This document shows, in pieces, positions 46,517 through 56,108 of a stretch of 64,000 nucleotides of DNA (position 1 is the stretch's first letter; every line of letters begins with the position of its first letter). The notes under the pieces are model-generated. The model was not told where the DNA came from. It ran no database searches and was given only the letters and a program-made list of their open reading frames with translations. The DNA is from Candidatus Omnitrophota bacterium (GTDB lineage: Bacteria > Omnitrophota > Gorgyraeia > Ghiorseimicrobiales > Ghiorseimicrobiaceae), in NCBI GenBank assembly GCA_030681595.1, contig JAUXSB010000008.1:89587-153586 (forward strand), in the 5' to 3' direction. The position numbers and the translations under genes are program-made.

Positions 46517-48135
46517 ACAACTATAGAACAAGCATAGTAGCTATAATACCAGCAAAAACGGATTCAAAGAGGTTGCCTAATAAAAATATGGCCCTAATAA
46601 ATGGTAAGCCGCTTTTATATTATACGATTAAGACGGCAAAGGAATGCGGGCTGTTGGATAAGATATATGTCTCAACCGATTCAGCGACTATCGCGGAGTT
46701 CGCAAAGAAAGAAGGAATATCTGTGATTATGCGTCCTGCCGAACTCGCAGGAGAAACGCCTGTGGTTGAAGTCTACCGTCATGCTTTGTTGAACGTCCCC
46801 GATGAAGATATCGTCTATGTAGTTGGACTTCAGCCCGACCACCCTGACCGGACCATAGATTTAGAAAAAGCAATAAAATTTGCCTTAGAAAAGGATTTAG
46901 ATGACTTAATAAGCATTGATTCCAGCGGATTAAAAAACGGCTCCATTAGGATAATGAAAGCGCAGGCTTTAAAGGAAGGAAGGATAAGCGTAAATTCAGG
47001 TTCGATTATAGATAATTCGACCAACATCCATTCATTAGGAGACCTAAAAATTGCTCAGATTCGACTTAAACAAAAAGGCCATCCTTTGACCATTAAAATA
47101 AATGGTAAGATTGTCTCAAAACAATCACCCACTTTTATAATTGCCGAAGGCGCCTGTAATCATATTTGCGATATGGACATTGCCAAAAAGATGATTGATG
47201 CGGCGGAGGCTTCAGGTGCCGATGCCATAAAGTTCCAGACGTATAAAGCCGAGCGGCTGGTCGCAAAAGACGCAAAAACCTACTGGAATTACAGTTCGGT
47301 AAAATCTCAATATGAATATTATAAAAAATTAGATAAGTTTGACCGGGATGAATATAAGGTTTTGTTTGACTACGCGAAAAATAAAGAAATAATAGTTTTT
47401 TCAAGCCCGTTTGATGCAGAAAGCGCTGATATGCTTAATGAGTTAGGTATGCCTTTATTTAAAATCGCCTCTTGCCTTATTCCCGACTTAAAGCTAATAA
47501 AACATATCGCCAAATTTAAAAAACCGATTATTCTCTCCTTGGGCGGTTCAGAAGTTGATGAGATAAAGGAAGCGATAGATGTGATATACAGCCAAGATAA
47601 TTATTCCTTAATCCTTCTTGCCTGTACATTGAGCTATCCTTCAAAAAATGAGGATGCACATCTTTTGCGCATACGTTCACTGCAACTGATGTTTCCGGAT
47701 ACAGTTATCGGCTATTCCGATCATACCGAGCCCGATGAAAATATGGTCATACCTTCGCTTGCCGTAAGCCTGGGGGCAAAAGTAATTGAAAAACATTTTA
47801 CGCTTGATAGGGCAATGACCGGTTCAGGACATTCTTTTTCTGTTGATCCAGTTTGCCTTAAAAAAATGGTTGAAAATATAAGATTAGCGGAAAAAGTAAT
47901 GGGAAGTGCCGAGATAGCGGTTAAGGGAGCGGAAGAAAAAACGCGCCTTGGCGCGCGGATGAGCGTTGTGGCGGCAAGAGAGATTAAAAAAGACGCGGTA
48001 ATAACCGAAGATATGCTTACGGTTTTAAGGCCGGGGACAGGCATATCGCCGCGGTTCATTAGCAAAATAGCTAATAAGAGGGCAAAACGCGATATCGCGG
48101 CATTTGACCAATTAAACTGGGATGATATTGAATAA
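46513..48135 (+). CDS. fusion of CMP-nonulosonate synthetase-like cytidylyltransferase (N-terminal) and NeuB-family nonulosonic acid synthase with SAF domain (C-terminal)
   Basis: N-terminal IVAIIPAKTDSKRLPNKN...VSTDS. C-terminal PTFIIAEGACNH...ADAIKFQTYK (NeuB TIM barrel) and a SAF domain. Confidence 0.75.
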   Translation: MNNYRTSIVAIIPAKTDSKRLPNKNMALINGKPLLYYTIKTAKECGLLDKIYVSTDSATIAEFAKKEGISVIMRPAELAGETPVVEVYRHALLNVPDEDIVYVVGLQPDHPDRTIDLEKAIKFALEKDLDDLISIDSSGLKNGSIRIMKAQALKEGRISVNSGSIIDNSTNIHSLGDLKIAQIRLKQKGHPLTIKINGKIVSKQSPTFIIAEGACNHICDMDIAKKMIDAAEASGADAIKFQTYKAERLVAKDAKTYWNYSSVKSQYEYYKKLDKFDRDEYKVLFDYAKNKEIIVFSSPFDAESADMLNELGMPLFKIASCLIPDLKLIKHIAKFKKPIILSLGGSEVDEIKEAIDVIYSQDNYSLILLACTLSYPSKNEDAHLLRIRSLQLMFPDTVIGYSDHTEPDENMVIPSLAVSLGAKVIEKHFTLDRAMTGSGHSFSVDPVCLKKMVENIRLAEKVMGSAEIAVKGAEEKTRLGARMSVVAAREIKKDAVITEDMLTVLRPGTGISPRFISKIANKRAKRDIAAFDQLNWDDIE

Positions 48136-49951
48136 GATTAGGTATTTTTTAAAGAGATACCCTGATAAGAAGGCAGTGATATTAGTAAATTTAATAAATC
48201 CGGCGCATAGACTGGATCATTACCTTTGCGCCATACCAAAAGATTCGACTTTTATTTTTTGGGGTATTGATATACCGCGTGGATTAAAAGAACTAGGCTT
48301 AAACATAAAGACATCCGAGGGTTATTTGGATGCTAACGATTATAAGGCCATCGATAGTTATGTATTCAGAGGCCTAAGCAAGTCTTGGTATTTGCATAAT
48401 AGCATTACTGATTATAAGGGAATTCATTTAGGTAAAATATTTGAATACGATTTCCAGAAATTTTTAGTGCCGAGAATAAAAAATTTAGAGATTTTGAGCA
48501 AGGTATGCAGCGCGGAAAAACCCGAGAAAATAATAGTGTTGGATGATTCCGGTGAATTATGGACCGCAGCCAAGTTATACGCAAAAATCGTTGATATCCC
48601 GGTGCTGACGGTAAAAATCAATAACACAAAAGTGGGATGTTTAGCACGGGTAAGCTCATATTTGAAACGCGCTCTTTCCCAGGCGTTAAGCGGTGTTATA
48701 AATTACGTATCATTAAAGCGGCTTTATCGGCAAGCGAATGCCAAACATACTTTGGTGGATGCAAAACTATTTAACTATTTTTCCGGGCATAATAGCGGCA
48801 TGGCAGTTATGCCGTCTATATTAGATGGCGGTTTTAATTATCGCTGGAAAATATTTTCTTTGCGGCAGCCTTATTTATCGTTTTATTCTTCCGGACGCGC
48901 GCGGTATCTAAAAGAATATAACGTTTACAGAAGGCGGTGGCATCTTTTATCGTCCGATAAAGGATTCCGGGATATTTTTACCTATAAAGGTATTCCTTTG
49001 TGGGATATCCTTCATTTAAAGCTTGCCGATTTTTTTCTAAAAGGTATTCCGCGTATAATTAGTAATTTTAAGCTATTGGATAATTTGTGCCAAAGGCTTG
49101 ACATAAAATCCGTGTTGTTGCGCAACGATGTAAAAGAACAGGAGCGAACAATGATTTTATCTCTGCGCCTGCATAAAATCCCTTCTTTGGTTATGCAGCA
49201 TGGCATATTGGCGGAATCAAACGGCCACAATGAATTATTGGCGGATAAATTTATCGCCTGGGGAAAAGCGTCAGCCGATTGGTATGAGAAGTTCGGAAAT
49301 TCAAAGGATAAATTTTTTATAGCGGGCAATCCGCGTTTTGATAAATTAAAAGATTGGAAGCCCGAGCTATCCAGGGATATTTTATATAAGAAACTTGGCA
49401 GGGATTTAAATAAAAAAACAATTTTATTTGCCACACAACAAGTTAATAAATTCTCTTCTTTCTGGACCGATGATTTATTCTGGGTGATGGCGGATGAGTT
49501 GTTAAAATGCATCAAAGGGAGGCCCGACATTCAGTTAATTATAAAATGTGACCCTTATGAAGATGTGCTGCCGTATAACAGGATAGCCGCTTATTATCCT
49601 GATGCGCAGGTAACAACTATCAGGAATTTTGATATTTATACGCTAATATACCATTCCGATCTAGTAATTACGCTTGATTCAACGGTGGGCCTAGAGGCTA
49701 TGCTTTTTGATAAACCGTTGATTACCTTTAATTTAACCACTAGGGAAGACAGGGTTCCTTATGCGCAAAAAGGCGCGGCAGTCGCTGTCTATAAGGATGA
49801 TACTTTGGGGGATGCGATTGAGCGGGTATTAAATGATAAAAATTTAGCCCTTCAGCTTAAAGAAGAGAGGAAAAAATTTATTTTGGAATACGCTAACAAT
49901 ATCGAAAACAAGGCCAGGGAAAAGATGCTAGCGATAGTCAGGGAAAGATGA
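48122..49951 (+). CDS. TagF/KpsS-like (Glyphos_transf / capsule-synthesis family) GT-B transferase, putative
   Basis: C-terminal half resembles CDP-glycerol glycerophosphotransferases (HGILAE...IAGNPRFDKL; ILFATQQ...). Low-confidence family call. Confidence 0.38.
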   Translation: MILNKIRYFLKRYPDKKAVILVNLINPAHRLDHYLCAIPKDSTFIFWGIDIPRGLKELGLNIKTSEGYLDANDYKAIDSYVFRGLSKSWYLHNSITDYKGIHLGKIFEYDFQKFLVPRIKNLEILSKVCSAEKPEKIIVLDDSGELWTAAKLYAKIVDIPVLTVKINNTKVGCLARVSSYLKRALSQALSGVINYVSLKRLYRQANAKHTLVDAKLFNYFSGHNSGMAVMPSILDGGFNYRWKIFSLRQPYLSFYSSGRARYLKEYNVYRRRWHLLSSDKGFRDIFTYKGIPLWDILHLKLADFFLKGIPRIISNFKLLDNLCQRLDIKSVLLRNDVKEQERTMILSLRLHKIPSLVMQHGILAESNGHNELLADKFIAWGKASADWYEKFGNSKDKFFIAGNPRFDKLKDWKPELSRDILYKKLGRDLNKKTILFATQQVNKFSSFWTDDLFWVMADELLKCIKGRPDIQLIIKCDPYEDVLPYNRIAAYYPDAQVTTIRNFDIYTLIYHSDLVITLDSTVGLEAMLFDKPLITFNLTTREDRVPYAQKGAAVAVYKDDTLGDAIERVLNDKNLALQLKEERKKFILEYANNIENKAREKMLAIVRER

Positions 49952-51369
49952 AAAAAGTCCTTCTTATAAATCCGCCTTCAGGTATGTACATAAGGGATGA
50001 CCGCTGTCAAGTCCCGGTTAAGGGCATTTCTTCTGCCCTGCGTACACCGCTGGATTTGGCGTATATGGCGGCTGTGCTGGAGCAATCAGGCAATCAATGT
50101 GTGATTAGAGATTATCCTGCGGAAAGGAAAAACTGGCAAGACCTTAAGGATGATTTAAAGCAAACTAAATTCGATATACTTATCATCAGCGTTACTACCC
50201 CTACGGTTTATATCGATATTATTGCTTGCGATATCGCCAAGGAGCTAAATCCGCAAATTGTGACTATTGCTAAGGGGGCGCATTTTGCCGCGCAAGATTT
50301 AGAAATTATTGAGCATTTTAAAAGTTTGGATATCGTTATACGCGGCGAATATGAGTTGGCGGTTGGTGAAATAGCCGATAAAAATGACCTTTCGGGTGTT
50401 TTAGGCATTACATACCGGATAAACGGCGCAATTAAAAAAAATCCCGATAGGCCATTCTTGGAAAATATGGACATCCTGCCTTTTCCCGCCCGGCATCTTT
50501 TAAATAACAGCCTATACACACGGCCGGATACGGGTGAAACGATGACCTCCATTCAGACAAACAGGGGTTGCCCTGCCAGATGCGTATACTGTTTGGTAAG
50601 CCTTGTATCCGGCAGAAAAATAAGGGCGAGGTCTGCGGAAAATATAGTTCGCGAAATGCAGGTTTGTAAAGAAAAGTTTGGAATAAAAAACTTTTATTTT
50701 AGGGCCGATACTTTTACCTGGGATAAAGAATGGATGATAGAAGTATGCAAAAATATCATAGAGCGAAAGCTTAATGTGAGCTGGGTATGTAACAGCCGGG
50801 TTGACACAATAGATAAAGAGCGCCTTGAGTGGTTAAAAAAGGCTGGTTGTTGGATGATAGGTTTTGGCATTGAAAGCGGCGATCAGGATATTTTAAATAA
50901 AATGAAAAAAGGTATAACATTAAAGCAGGCATTGGATTCCGTTTTCCTCTCTCGGCAATTCGGGATGAAGACATATTTATTTTGGGTCTTAGGCCTGCCG
51001 TGGGAAACCGAAGAATCTATTAGAAATACCATGAAATTCGCAAAAAAGATACAGGGCGATTTTGCGGAATTTCATATTGCTTATCCTTTTCCGGGGACCG
51101 AGTTTTACAATATTGGTTTAGAGAATAATTTATTCAAGGCCCAGGACCTTTATAAGGGCGATGTTAAGGCCGGGATAGTAGGGAGTTTTACTTTGCCAAA
51201 AGAAAAATTGCTGCAGTACCAGAAAGAGATAACCATGAGCTATTATTTGTCTTTTGGCAGGATTCTAAGATTGCTTAGCGGGGTTAAGTCGCCAAAGGTT
51301 TTGGCAAATTATATTACCAAAGGGTATTCTGTATTATTTAATCGCGGAGGAAGCGACAGCAATGGATGA
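49948..51369 (+). CDS. class B (B12-binding domain) radical SAM protein, cassette 1
   Basis: N-terminal B12-binding-like domain, TNRGCPARCVYC (Cx3Cx2C). Paralogous to 56109 and 62353. Confidence 0.75.
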   Translation: MKKVLLINPPSGMYIRDDRCQVPVKGISSALRTPLDLAYMAAVLEQSGNQCVIRDYPAERKNWQDLKDDLKQTKFDILIISVTTPTVYIDIIACDIAKELNPQIVTIAKGAHFAAQDLEIIEHFKSLDIVIRGEYELAVGEIADKNDLSGVLGITYRINGAIKKNPDRPFLENMDILPFPARHLLNNSLYTRPDTGETMTSIQTNRGCPARCVYCLVSLVSGRKIRARSAENIVREMQVCKEKFGIKNFYFRADTFTWDKEWMIEVCKNIIERKLNVSWVCNSRVDTIDKERLEWLKKAGCWMIGFGIESGDQDILNKMKKGITLKQALDSVFLSRQFGMKTYLFWVLGLPWETEESIRNTMKFAKKIQGDFAEFHIAYPFPGTEFYNIGLENNLFKAQDLYKGDVKAGIVGSFTLPKEKLLQYQKEITMSYYLSFGRILRLLSGVKSPKVLANYITKGYSVLFNRGGSDSNG

Positions 51370-52078
51370 GAGAAGTAAAGTTATAGTGGTCATGCCGGCG
51401 TATAACGCGGATAGGACCTTAAAAAAGACATACGAGGAAATACCCAAGGAATATGTCGATGAGATAATTTTAGTTGATGACGCCAGCCAAGATAATACGA
51501 TAGAGGTGGCTAAGAAGCTGGGAATTGAAGTCATTGCACACGAAAAGAACAAAGGCTACGGCGGCAACCAGAAGACATGTTATAAAAATGCTTTAGAAAG
51601 AGGTGCAGCAGTTATAGTCATGGTTCATCCTGATTATCAGTATGATCCTTCGTCCATACCGCAAATGATTAAGCCGATACTTGAGAAGAAGGTAGATATC
51701 ATGTTCGGCTCGCGGATGATTTATAAACGTGATGCGCTCAAAGGAGGCATGCCGTTATATAAGTTCGTCAGTAATATATTTTTAACAACACTGGAAAATA
51801 TCGTATTTAAGCGTTCTTTATCCGAATATCATACGGGCCTGCGCGCTTATAGCAGGAAGTTTTTGGAATCGATTGATTTTTGCGCTTTATCCGACGGGTT
51901 TGTCTTTGATACGGAGATAATTGCTGAAGCTACGAAATTAAAATTTAAAATCGGAGAAGTGCCGATAAAGACGCGCTATCTGGATGATTCTTCGTCGATA
52001 TCGTTTCGCGCCAGCGTAAAATACGGATTGAAAACTTTGAAGGTCCTATACGATTATATGATAAAGGCGAAGAAATAA
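51362..52078 (+). CDS. GT2 polyprenyl-phosphate sugar synthase (DPM1/ArnC/GtrB-like), cassette 1
   Basis: VVMPAYNA..., ILVDDASQDNT and DxD-type motifs; 238 aa soluble GT-A. Confidence 0.72.
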   Translation: MDERSKVIVVMPAYNADRTLKKTYEEIPKEYVDEIILVDDASQDNTIEVAKKLGIEVIAHEKNKGYGGNQKTCYKNALERGAAVIVMVHPDYQYDPSSIPQMIKPILEKKVDIMFGSRMIYKRDALKGGMPLYKFVSNIFLTTLENIVFKRSLSEYHTGLRAYSRKFLESIDFCALSDGFVFDTEIIAEATKLKFKIGEVPIKTRYLDDSSSISFRASVKYGLKTLKVLYDYMIKAKK

Positions 52079-52084
52079 TTTATT

Positions 52085-52741
52085 ATGCAGATTAGAATAC
52101 CAAAACGGAATAAGCACCCTGTTGTCGGGGATAATCTTACCAGGTTTTATCATTATCCGGTATTAAATTATTTTTTCTTGCGTCGGCTTACAATGACCTT
52201 AGGTTTTATGCCTGACGGAAAATTTGATTCAGTCCTGGAGATTGGTTTTGGAAGCGGGGTCTTTTTGCCTGAATTATCCAGGCGTTCAAAGCGTCTCTTT
52301 GGTTTAGATGTGCATGAACATATACTGAAAGTAAAGGATATGCTAGCTTGCGAAAATATCAAAGCTGAGTTAATAAAGGGGAGTATAGTGCACCTGCCTT
52401 ACAAAGACGCCTCATTTGATTGTGTAATCAGTATCGCGACATTAGAACATATAAACGAATTATCTTTAGCGATATCCGAAATAATACGCGTATTAAAAAA
52501 GGGCGGGCTTATGATACTGGGTTTTCCGGTAGAAAATAAGCTGTCTGATCTGTTATTGGTATTAACCGGAAGCGTGCGCGCTTACAAAAAGAAGTTAAAG
52601 GAAATCCACCCAAATAGCCATAATAAGATAATTAGCGAAATCAAGAGGCAATGCGGAAACGATATGAAGATAAGGCTCTTTCCGAATTTTTTGCCTTTGG
52701 ATTTAGCGTTATACTGTAGTTGTATGAGTAGAAAGGTTTAA
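52085..52741 (+). CDS. class I SAM-dependent methyltransferase
   Basis: VLEIGFGSGVF (motif I), LKKGGLMIL. Confidence 0.6.
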   Translation: MQIRIPKRNKHPVVGDNLTRFYHYPVLNYFFLRRLTMTLGFMPDGKFDSVLEIGFGSGVFLPELSRRSKRLFGLDVHEHILKVKDMLACENIKAELIKGSIVHLPYKDASFDCVISIATLEHINELSLAISEIIRVLKKGGLMILGFPVENKLSDLLLVLTGSVRAYKKKLKEIHPNSHNKIISEIKRQCGNDMKIRLFPNFLPLDLALYCSCMSRKV

Positions 52742-52746
52742 GTAAG

Positions 52747-54354
52747 ATGCGGAAAAATCGCACTGCACTGATATTCGGATTATTTTTTCTTTTGGGGATA
52801 GCCTCAAGAGTCATATTCGCGGTCAAAGATTTTACCCATTTGGATGAAGTTTTGTATGCCATCGGCTCCGTTGACTTTTCAGTAAAAAATGCTACGCCGC
52901 CTTCTCCGGGATATTTTCTCTACATAATGAGCGCAAGGTTCCTGAATATTTTTACCAATAACCCGCATACCTCGTTAATGGCCCTCAGTATTATTTATAG
53001 CGGCGCAATAGCCGGGCTGATTTATTATTTTGCGAAACTGCTAAAGAGTGAGGCAGTTGGGATTATTGCGGCGCTGCTTTTTTTAACCAGCCCTTTGTTT
53101 TGGTATAAAGGGGTGACGATATTTGGATACCTTAATTCGGGATTTTTTATATTATTAACCGCGTTATTGGGTTGGCGCATAGTTGCCGAAAAAAAGACAG
53201 GCCTATTATTCTGGTTTTCGCTGTCTTTTGCTATTTTGACCGGTGTCCGGCCACAAGAATTCCCCATAATGTTTCCGCTATATATTTTTGTCTTAGCCCA
53301 CTTAAATATTAGAGAGGCAATAAGGTCTATTTTTATTTTTGGCCTTACTTGCTGCGCGTGGCTTATTCCGCTTCTTGTTATGTCCGGCGGATTGAGAGAA
53401 TACATTTCGGTTTTGAAAGATGCAAGCGGTTATGTGGCTTATGATTCGATATTCGGCGGGAGTTTTACGGCGAAGCTAAATAACCATTTAGTAAGGATGG
53501 AAAGGTATTTTATCTGGGCATATTTTTTGGGGGTTATGCCTTTTATTTATTATATAGGCAAATTTTTTTATATTCCCAATCTTGTTAATGAAAAAAAAGC
53601 GCAGTTTTTCGCCGTATGGCTGTTTCCCGCGCTTATTTATAATGTTTTTATTCAGTTCGGCGAAATCGGCCACGGCATGAGCTGGGGGTTGGGATTTTTA
53701 ATAATTATAGCAGAAGCCGTTACGGTTATTTGCGACGACGTCTTAGGAGCATTGTCAGCCTTATCGCGTAAGGGTATAAGAATATCAAACGCTATTATCC
53801 AAAGCCCGTATGTAAGAAAAATAACTAGCGCACTTGTAGTGGGGCCGATAATTATTTTTAATTGTTTTATATTTTTTCATGATTTTGATAAAGACAAACA
53901 TGATTTCTACGATTTTCGTAAATACCGGCAGTTTAATTATAATGATGTGTTAAAAAAGAGCCGTTTTCTAAAATCCAAGGTTGATTTTATCAAGAAAAAT
54001 TTTAATCAAAAAAATATCGCGGTATTAGTAACGGGAACTTTTGGCCACCAGGTTATGTATCGCCTGGAGGAGGCGCTTATTATTCAGGCCGGCGTGATTA
54101 TGAGAGAAGACCATACCAGTTTTTCCACTTGGCAGAAATTAAAACCACGGTATTACGAAAACGCGAATGAGTTTGTTATCCCCGAAGGAATTCAATATTT
54201 AGTTCTATTTGACGATATATTTGTTCCATATTTCAAAAATACCCAAGATAATAATTGTTACAGGATAGATGATACGCATAAATTATTTGTGCATAAAGTA
54301 AGCCCGGGCGAGAGGCTTAATTTTGCCTATCAGGCGATAACAATTAACTACTGA
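52747..54354 (+). CDS. GT-C-fold polytopic membrane glycosyltransferase (PMT/ArnT-like), putative, cassette 1
   Basis: About 11 TM segments, first-loop HLDEV acidic motif, C-terminal soluble domain. Confidence 0.4.
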   Translation: MRKNRTALIFGLFFLLGIASRVIFAVKDFTHLDEVLYAIGSVDFSVKNATPPSPGYFLYIMSARFLNIFTNNPHTSLMALSIIYSGAIAGLIYYFAKLLKSEAVGIIAALLFLTSPLFWYKGVTIFGYLNSGFFILLTALLGWRIVAEKKTGLLFWFSLSFAILTGVRPQEFPIMFPLYIFVLAHLNIREAIRSIFIFGLTCCAWLIPLLVMSGGLREYISVLKDASGYVAYDSIFGGSFTAKLNNHLVRMERYFIWAYFLGVMPFIYYIGKFFYIPNLVNEKKAQFFAVWLFPALIYNVFIQFGEIGHGMSWGLGFLIIIAEAVTVICDDVLGALSALSRKGIRISNAIIQSPYVRKITSALVVGPIIIFNCFIFFHDFDKDKHDFYDFRKYRQFNYNDVLKKSRFLKSKVDFIKKNFNQKNIAVLVTGTFGHQVMYRLEEALIIQAGVIMREDHTSFSTWQKLKPRYYENANEFVIPEGIQYLVLFDDIFVPYFKNTQDNNCYRIDDTHKLFVHKVSPGERLNFAYQAITINY

Positions 54355-54360
54355 GTAAGA

Positions 54361-56103
54361 ATGCAGAAAAAAGGGGTTTTTACGATTTCGATTGATACCG
54401 AACTTGCCTGGGGTACTTTTGACCTTGGCGGCCATATTAAGTATAAAGAGGCATATAAAAAATACCGCCCGATCATTGCCAAGGTTTTAGGCTTATTTGA
54501 TAAATACGAAATACCCGCCACTTGGGCAATAGTGGGGCATCTTTTTTTGGAGGGCTGTAAAAAAGATGGCGGTATGGCGCATCCTGAGATAATCCGCCCG
54601 CAGCATAAATGGTTTAGCGGTGATTGGCTTAGGCTTGATCCAGCGACGAACGTTATGGCGGATGATTTATGGTATGGCAGCGATATAGTGAAGATGATTT
54701 TAAGCGCTCAAACTAAACAAGAAATAGCCAGTCATTCTTTTTGCCATATGATATTTTCCGATCCCGGGTGCTCTAGCGAAGCAGCCGAATCAGACTTGGC
54801 TAAGTGCGTAGATTTAGCGAAAAAAGAAGGTATCGATTTAAAAACTTTCGTTTTCCCGCGTAATTCCGGAGGGCATTTTGACCTATTGGCAAAATATGGT
54901 TTTAATGTTTTTCGCGGGCAACGCGAGTTATTTCCCTGTTTTAAATTGGGCTATTTGCAAAGGTTATTATATTTTGTTTCCGATTTATTCTGTATATCGC
55001 CGCCTGTTGTTGTCCCCAATCCTATGCCGCGCCAAGGATTAATTGAGGTAAGGGATTCAATGTTATTCAGATTTTCATATGGAATAAGCAGGTTTATACC
55101 TAAAGGCGCGCGTTTTAAACGGGCAAAGAAAGGGATTAACAAAGCGGTAGCCGAAGGTAAAATATTCCATCTTTGGTTTCACCCGTTTAATTTCGCATGG
55201 CAGACGGAAAGTTTATTTGATGAGTTAGAACATATTTTGAGTTACGCGCAACAATTTCGCGAAGAAGGGAAATTGGATATCTCTACTTTATATGATGCCG
55301 CACAAGCCTTCCCTGATATGAGCGATGACGGCGAACGCTTTAACCCGCTGGGCGTGATTTTGCATAATGACCGTAGCGGCCTGTTTAAGAAGGATTATTC
55401 GGATAACCTCAATGATTACCATTCAAATGCTTTTAAATACGGCCGTAAAAAAGTAGAGCCTTTATTTTTTGATTTCTTGGGCCATCTTAACGGCAAGAAG
55501 CGTATATTAGATTTGGGTTCAGGGACCGGTTATTTTTTAAATTTAGTGCGTAAGAACGGCTTTGAAGGGGTGGGCCTTGATATTTCCGGAAATATGCTTA
55601 AGCAGCTGAAAAATAATTATCCCCAGCTGCGCGTTAATCAGGCGGATGCCAGGAATACTCCTTTTAGAGATAATACTTTTGACGCGGTGGTCAGCATTGA
55701 AACATTAAGGTATTTTAGTGACAGGAAACCTCTTTTAAGGGAAATATTTAGGGTTGTTAAGCCCGGAGGGTTGGTTTTTATTACCGCCGCCCCGGCATTT
55801 GCGTTAAATTTCTATGGGTTTTTTAACGCTTTTTGCCGTTTTCTAAGGCTGAAAAAATTTGTTTCATGTTTTCAGTCTTTTGAAACCGTTGGGTCATTGC
55901 AGGGAAAACTTAAAAACGTGGGTTTCGTTGATATCAAGGTTTCCGGGCGTTTTTTCGGCCCGTATTTTTTACTGGATAAAATATTTCCAAGAATCAGCTC
56001 GTTTTTAATGCGTAAATTTGAACCGCTGGACGATAGGCTGTCTAGCTTGGATAACTTAAGGAACCTCTCTAATCATTTAATCGCAGTGGCAAAAAAACCT
56101 TAA
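54361..56103 (+). CDS. bifunctional polysaccharide-deacetylase-like (CE4/NodB-like) / class I SAM methyltransferase protein
   Basis: N-terminal ISIDTELAWG and HSFCHM (NodB motifs 1/2-like). C-terminal RILDLGSGTGYF and VVKPGG. Confidence 0.5.
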   Translation: MQKKGVFTISIDTELAWGTFDLGGHIKYKEAYKKYRPIIAKVLGLFDKYEIPATWAIVGHLFLEGCKKDGGMAHPEIIRPQHKWFSGDWLRLDPATNVMADDLWYGSDIVKMILSAQTKQEIASHSFCHMIFSDPGCSSEAAESDLAKCVDLAKKEGIDLKTFVFPRNSGGHFDLLAKYGFNVFRGQRELFPCFKLGYLQRLLYFVSDLFCISPPVVVPNPMPRQGLIEVRDSMLFRFSYGISRFIPKGARFKRAKKGINKAVAEGKIFHLWFHPFNFAWQTESLFDELEHILSYAQQFREEGKLDISTLYDAAQAFPDMSDDGERFNPLGVILHNDRSGLFKKDYSDNLNDYHSNAFKYGRKKVEPLFFDFLGHLNGKKRILDLGSGTGYFLNLVRKNGFEGVGLDISGNMLKQLKNNYPQLRVNQADARNTPFRDNTFDAVVSIETLRYFSDRKPLLREIFRVVKPGGLVFITAAPAFALNFYGFFNAFCRFLRLKKFVSCFQSFETVGSLQGKLKNVGFVDIKVSGRFFGPYFLLDKIFPRISSFLMRKFEPLDDRLSSLDNLRNLSNHLIAVAKKP

Positions 56104-56108
56104 ATTTT

